Positions 59,834 through 64,000 of a stretch of 64,000 nt of DNA are shown here, piece after piece. The stretch spans positions 124,001 through 188,000 of IMG/VR virus record IMGVR_UViG_3300007513_000001. One strand, 5' to 3'. A model generated the notes under the pieces. That model saw only the letters and a program-made list of their open reading frames with translations, was not told the origin of the DNA and searched no databases. The first letter of the stretch is position 1; every line of letters starts with the position of its first letter. The position numbers were made by a program, and so were the translations under genes.

Positions 59834-59845
59834 ATGAATATTTAT
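59834..59845 (+). promoter_or_regulatory. Putative late promoter ATGAATATTTAT
   Basis: Identical to 44599-44610; upstream of sheath 1. Confidence 0.6.
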
Positions 59846-59879
59846 GAAAGACAGCAAATATGCTTGAGGAGAGATTTAA

Positions 59880-62800
59880 ATGGCTGAACAGACCTTCCGT
59901 TCTCCAGGGTTTTTTGAACAAGAGATAGATCTTTCACAGAGAGAGAAAGCTCCTGTAGGTACTCCTGCGGGTATTATTGGAACCTCACAAAAGGGTCCAG
60001 CTTTCGTACCTGTGATTGTCGGTTCTTTTGCAGATTTCGAAACGCGATTTGGTACATTAGATTCAAACCGTTTTGGTCCCTATGCAGTTAGAGAATACTT
60101 AAAAAACAAAGATGCAATAACTTATCTAAGAGTACTTGGTGCAGGATCTAACGACACCAGTTCTGAAATAAGCAACACACAAAATTATGGAATCGTTTCC
60201 AAAGCTGGATTCGTTGTTTCCGGGTCTCGGGTAGTTGGCTCTACCGGAGCGGGCAGTGGAGATCAGCGACATCGCGGATGCGTGCAGTTCTTATGCGCTC
60301 GCCACTACCTTTCAGCTTCTGAAGGCTCAGTTGGATATCCAATTTTCGACGATAACGATTCCTTTCCGGGGCTGTCTTCTGTTAGTACCCGTGGAACTAT
60401 CAACGTTATCAACTTAGTTCGTGGAATGATAATTCCAGCATCAGGAACTAGAGTTATGTTAGCTAATTGGGATGAATCTATTGGGGGGTCTTCATATTCG
60501 CCTCCAACTGAAGATATTGCTACTAGAAACGATAATCCAACCGCTGAAGCTTATAATACTTTTAAAATTATTATTTCTTCTTCGGCAGGTACAGGTTTTG
60601 CAAATGATGATGCTGTAGCTGGCTTTAGAATTTATTCAGCCTCTTTAGATCCGAATAATGACAATTATATTTCTAAAGTCTTAAATACAGATCCGTGGAA
60701 GTTTGGAGAAGAGCAACATATCTTATGGGCTGATTTCCCTGTAGAAAATGAATTGGCTCCAGTATCCGAGGGCGCAGGCGCCATTGGGATTCTTTCCGGT
60801 ACAAACGCTACAAATGGGATTGGATTAAGCGAGAATTGGAGAGATTCTTTCGGTAGATTTGATACTAGATACACGGCACCACGAACACCATCTCTTATAT
60901 CACAGCCTTTCGGTGGCACAGAATATGATCTGTTCCACTTTGAGTCTCTTTCTGATGGTTCCTATGCAAACTCGAAGCATAAGGTCTCTATTGCCAATCT
61001 CCGGGCTTCTACAGACGAAAATTACCCATATGGTACTTTCGAAGTTCAGCTAAGAAAATTTGATGATAACGACCTTTCAAAAGAAGTGATTGAGGTTTAT
61101 CCAGAGTGTACTCTTGATCCTAAGAGTGATAGATTTATTGGACTTCAGATTGGTGATAAAAAAGTATTTTATGATTTTGACTCTGAAGATCCAGAAGAGC
61201 GTAGACTAGTAGTCGAAGGGAAATATCCTAATCGCTCTCCAAATATTAGAGTGGTAGTTAATAACGCTGTATATAACGGAGAAGTTCCGAAAGCTTCCTT
61301 GCCTTTCGGTTTCCGCGGTATTCCAGTACTTAAAACCACTGATACATTTACTGATATTCCAAGCAGTACAATTACTGGCTGGGAAGGAGGCTGGGGTTCG
61401 ACCGGCACAAGGGTTTGCGGAGTTTTGAACCGGGACACAGCTTCTGGACTTTCTGGTTCTATTTTACCTCCACTACCATATAGATTTAAGTGCACAAGAG
61501 GTCAAGTGGATTCATCTCCGGCATTTGCTGGTGATCCAGGCAAAAACGAGAGAGCAGATTCAAGACTTTATTGGGGAACAATGCCCACGCGTTTACCTCT
61601 CACAGCTTCAGTAACTCACGCTACTTATGATGCTAATATCGGAAGCTTAACCAACAACTTGGTTAAGGGATATACAACATTCCAGGGGATTGTGAAACTA
61701 GACAACTTAGTTACTGGCTCTGGTGCAGATGCGTTTAATAATAACAAGTTTACTCTTGCTAGAGTAGCTCTTTATAACACTGAGACAAACTTGAGCAAAA
61801 TTACTGGCTCTGCCAATGAGCACATGCTCGATGCTGCGTATATTAGAAACGGAATTTATAGTTCTACTGATTATACACTTAGTGATGGCGTCAGGTCTGG
61901 AAGACTTACTTTGGCGACTTTAATAAATTCTAGTTCTATTAAGTTTAACCGGTTCCAAGATTACGCGAAGTTTACTCTTCCGTTCTATGGCGGTTTTGAT
62001 GGACTAAACGTTTTAAATAAAGCTAACGCGCTTATGAATGATAGAGCAGCCTCTACAGATCCAAAAGGTCTTGCTGGGGATGATCCACCGGGCGGTGGAC
62101 TCGGTCTTGGCGGAACAGCTGGAAACGGATCAATGTCTGGGCTGGGACGCCAAAACAACGTAGTTTTCTCTTACAGAAAAGCTGTAGAGATTATGACTGA
62201 TCCAATGATAGTCAACACTAATCTTCTTGCGGTACCAGGCATAAGAGATCCATTCATTACTGATCTTGCTGCTGATAGAACTAGAGATTATTCAATGGCT
62301 ATGTATGTTATGGACATTCAGCAGTACGACGAAGATGAAAATAGACTGTTTGATTCTGACACTGCGAAGCGAGATGTAAGAGAAACTGCCGAGCAGTTTG
62401 AAGGCCGTAGAGTTAATAACAACTATGCTGCGACTTACTTCCCCGACGTATATATCGATGACCCAGTTAATAATAAGAGTGTTTTAGTTCCTTCATCTGT
62501 AGTTGCTATGGGGGCTTTGGGTTATAACGACACTGTAGCATATCCTTGGTTCGCGCCTGCTGGATTTAACCGCGGATCATTAGACAACGTTAGAAATACT
62601 GCGGTGAGATTAACTGCTGGAGATAGAGATGAGCTATATGATGCTAGAGTTAATCCTATAGCTAATTTTCCAAATGGCGGATTCGTCATCTTCGGCCAAA
62701 AGACCCTGCAGATCAACAAGAGTGCGCTTGACAGGGTAAACGTTCGAAGAATGTTACTTGAAGTCAAGAGATTAGTGGTTCAAGTAGCAGATAGACTGTT

Positions 62801-63044
62801 ATTCGAACCAAACACACCGGCAACAAGATCGAGATTTATTTCTCAAGTTGCACCAATTTTAGCACTAGTTCAATCACAGGCAGGTATAGAGAAGTTTTCT
62901 GTGGTCATGGACGACACAAACAATTCGCCACAAGATGTAGAGCAAAATAAACTGAATGGTAGAATAGTGGTTGTTCCCACTCGTTCTGTTGAATTCATTG
63001 CTATTGACTTTATTATCACAAATAGTGGCGTATTGTTCATGTAA
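59880..63044 (+). CDS. Contractile tail sheath protein, copy 1 (1054 aa)
   Basis: SPGFFEQEIDLS, KGPAFVP, PWFAPAGFNRG, VNPIANFP, IFGQKTLQ, ALDRVNVRRML and LFEPN. Confidence 0.95.
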   Translation: MAEQTFRSPGFFEQEIDLSQREKAPVGTPAGIIGTSQKGPAFVPVIVGSFADFETRFGTLDSNRFGPYAVREYLKNKDAITYLRVLGAGSNDTSSEISNTQNYGIVSKAGFVVSGSRVVGSTGAGSGDQRHRGCVQFLCARHYLSASEGSVGYPIFDDNDSFPGLSSVSTRGTINVINLVRGMIIPASGTRVMLANWDESIGGSSYSPPTEDIATRNDNPTAEAYNTFKIIISSSAGTGFANDDAVAGFRIYSASLDPNNDNYISKVLNTDPWKFGEEQHILWADFPVENELAPVSEGAGAIGILSGTNATNGIGLSENWRDSFGRFDTRYTAPRTPSLISQPFGGTEYDLFHFESLSDGSYANSKHKVSIANLRASTDENYPYGTFEVQLRKFDDNDLSKEVIEVYPECTLDPKSDRFIGLQIGDKKVFYDFDSEDPEERRLVVEGKYPNRSPNIRVVVNNAVYNGEVPKASLPFGFRGIPVLKTTDTFTDIPSSTITGWEGGWGSTGTRVCGVLNRDTASGLSGSILPPLPYRFKCTRGQVDSSPAFAGDPGKNERADSRLYWGTMPTRLPLTASVTHATYDANIGSLTNNLVKGYTTFQGIVKLDNLVTGSGADAFNNNKFTLARVALYNTETNLSKITGSANEHMLDAAYIRNGIYSSTDYTLSDGVRSGRLTLATLINSSSIKFNRFQDYAKFTLPFYGGFDGLNVLNKANALMNDRAASTDPKGLAGDDPPGGGLGLGGTAGNGSMSGLGRQNNVVFSYRKAVEIMTDPMIVNTNLLAVPGIRDPFITDLAADRTRDYSMAMYVMDIQQYDEDENRLFDSDTAKRDVRETAEQFEGRRVNNNYAATYFPDVYIDDPVNNKSVLVPSSVVAMGALGYNDTVAYPWFAPAGFNRGSLDNVRNTAVRLTAGDRDELYDARVNPIANFPNGGFVIFGQKTLQINKSALDRVNVRRMLLEVKRLVVQVADRLLFEPNTPATRSRFISQVAPILALVQSQAGIEKFSVVMDDTNNSPQDVEQNKLNGRIVVVPTRSVEFIAIDFIITNSGVLFM

Positions 63045-63055
63045 TGAATAGTTAC
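63044..63055 (+). promoter_or_regulatory. Putative late promoter ATGAATAGTTAC
   Basis: Matches TGAATAnTTAY; about 30 nt upstream of the sheath 2 start. Confidence 0.55.
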
Positions 63056-63085
63056 TTGTAAGAGAAATTTTAGGAGCACAAATAA

Positions 63086-64000
63086 ATGGCTGAATTAACT
63101 TTTAAAAGTCCGGGAGTTGCAACAAGGGAGATTGACCTTTCAGGTCCGACTAGTGTTGCCCCTCAAGGTACCCCAGCTGGAATAATCGCTACGGCAAATC
63201 AAGGTCGAGCTTTTGTTCCAGTGACAGTTGCTACTTACCAAGATTTCATCGCAACATTCGGAGCTTCCGATGGCGAGAAATTTGGACCGTTAGCTATGAA
63301 CGAATGGATGAGAAATGCAAAGGCGGGTACTTATCTAAGAGTTCTCGGCGTTGGCGATGGAAAAAAGAGAATTACATCGCAAACAACAGATGCTGGTGGT
63401 TACGACATTTATCCTGGAGCAGTAAAAAATGCAGGATTTATTGTAGGGACCAAACAATTAAACGATAAAGGATACCTCAACACTAACGTTTATGCTTACG
63501 ACTATGGTGTAGCTGGCGGAACATATATGTTTGGCGCACTAATGTCTGAATCTGCAGGAAGTACAATATTTTCCGATGCGGGTTTGCAGAGCAAAAATTA
63601 TTCGTGGATTGGATATGGCGCAAAAGCAGTTCCAATTTTAAGAGCTGTTTTAATGGTTGCATCTGGTGTTACTTTAGGACTTTCTGGCAACTTAGTTAAA
63701 GGGCCGGGCGCTGGAGTTGTAACAGCTTCTGCCACAGGAACAAAGGGAATATTAAGCTCTGCGTTTGACGGCGGTGCAAGTTGGGGAGAGCTAGATCTTA
63801 CCTCGGCAAACCACTACAACTTTACAATGCTGTTAAACGGGCACAAGAACACCTCGGCTTATCCAAATACAATTACAGCTTCTATGTCTCCTTGGAGCCC
63901 TTCATATTTTACAAATGTATTCAACACAGATCCAACTAAACTACAGCAAGCTGGATATTATATGTACACGCATTATGATATTGCTCCAACTCTTGCGGTT
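63086..64000 (+). CDS. Contractile tail sheath protein, copy 2 (partial, runs off the window; absent from the ORF track)
   Basis: AGGAG SD then ATG 63086. Hand translation gives MAELTFKSPGVATREIDLSGPTSVAPQGTPAGIIATANQGRAFVPV...FGP...TYLRVLGVG...VFNTDP, colinear with sheath 1. Confidence 0.9.
   Translation, partial: MAELTFKSPGVATREIDLSGPTSVAPQGTPAGIIATANQGRAFVPVTVATYQDFIATFGASDGEKFGPLAMNEWMRNAKAGTYLRVLGVGDGKKRITSQTTDAGGYDIYPGAVKNAGFIVGTKQLNDKGYLNTNVYAYDYGVAGGTYMFGALMSESAGSTIFSDAGLQSKNYSWIGYGAKAVPILRAVLMVASGVTLGLSGNLVKGPGAGVVTASATGTKGILSSAFDGGASWGELDLTSANHYNFTMLLNGHKNTSAYPNTITASMSPWSPSYFTNVFNTDPTKLQQAGYYMYTHYDIAPTLAV

Noticed and set aside
1170-63079. Numerous minus-strand and short alternative-frame ORFs in the track (e.g. 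9973..10410, 19019..19552, 44488..44940, 51527..52066)
   Set aside because: They overlap long, motif-supported + strand genes and read as antisense shadows of biased codon usage, with no recognisable domains.
1-64000. Stop-codon reassignment as in some large phages
   Set aside because: Multi-kb ORFs are intact in code 11, and TAA, TAG and TGA all end genes at sensible boundaries.
1-64000. Eukaryotic giant virus, tailocin/eCIS or cellular locus
   Set aside because: A complete T4-like head module (TerL, portal, protease, HK97-fold MCP) with neck and sheath genes and SD motifs indicates a tailed prokaryotic virus.
1-64000. tRNA, rRNA or self-splicing intron
   Set aside because: Intergenic gaps are short (under ~140 nt) with no cloverleaf seen, and terL, portal, MCP and sheath 1 are uninterrupted.

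Overview
This window is a 64 kb slice of a very large (jumbo-type) contractile-tailed dsDNA phage with T4-superfamily morphogenesis genes. It is AT-rich and densely coding, every credible gene is on the + strand, and it reads in standard code 11 with many TAATG/ATGA gene overlaps. Order: giant Ser/Thr/Gly-rich baseplate or fibre-like proteins (1-37.6 kb, including one with a Hint domain); RuvC-like resolvase, DnaG-type primase and a fused SbcD-SbcC (Mre11-Rad50) protein; terminase large subunit, portal, prohead protease, small head-region proteins and scaffold; two tandem major capsid protein genes; neck proteins; and two tandem tail sheath genes, the second cut by the window end and missing from the ORF track. 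Most notable: (i) the capsid paralogs are almost identical in the shell core, heavily recoded at synonymous sites and divergent in the insertion domain, with a long hairpin lacking a U-tract between them; (ii) a [ST]-[GA]-S tripeptide is enriched across unrelated predicted outer-virion proteins, a candidate modification (glycosylation) sequon; (iii) a Hint domain ending HN-Ala, probably cleaving rather than splicing; (iv) a recurrent late-promoter-like motif TGAATAnTTAY. All family assignments come from motif recognition by eye, not database searches.
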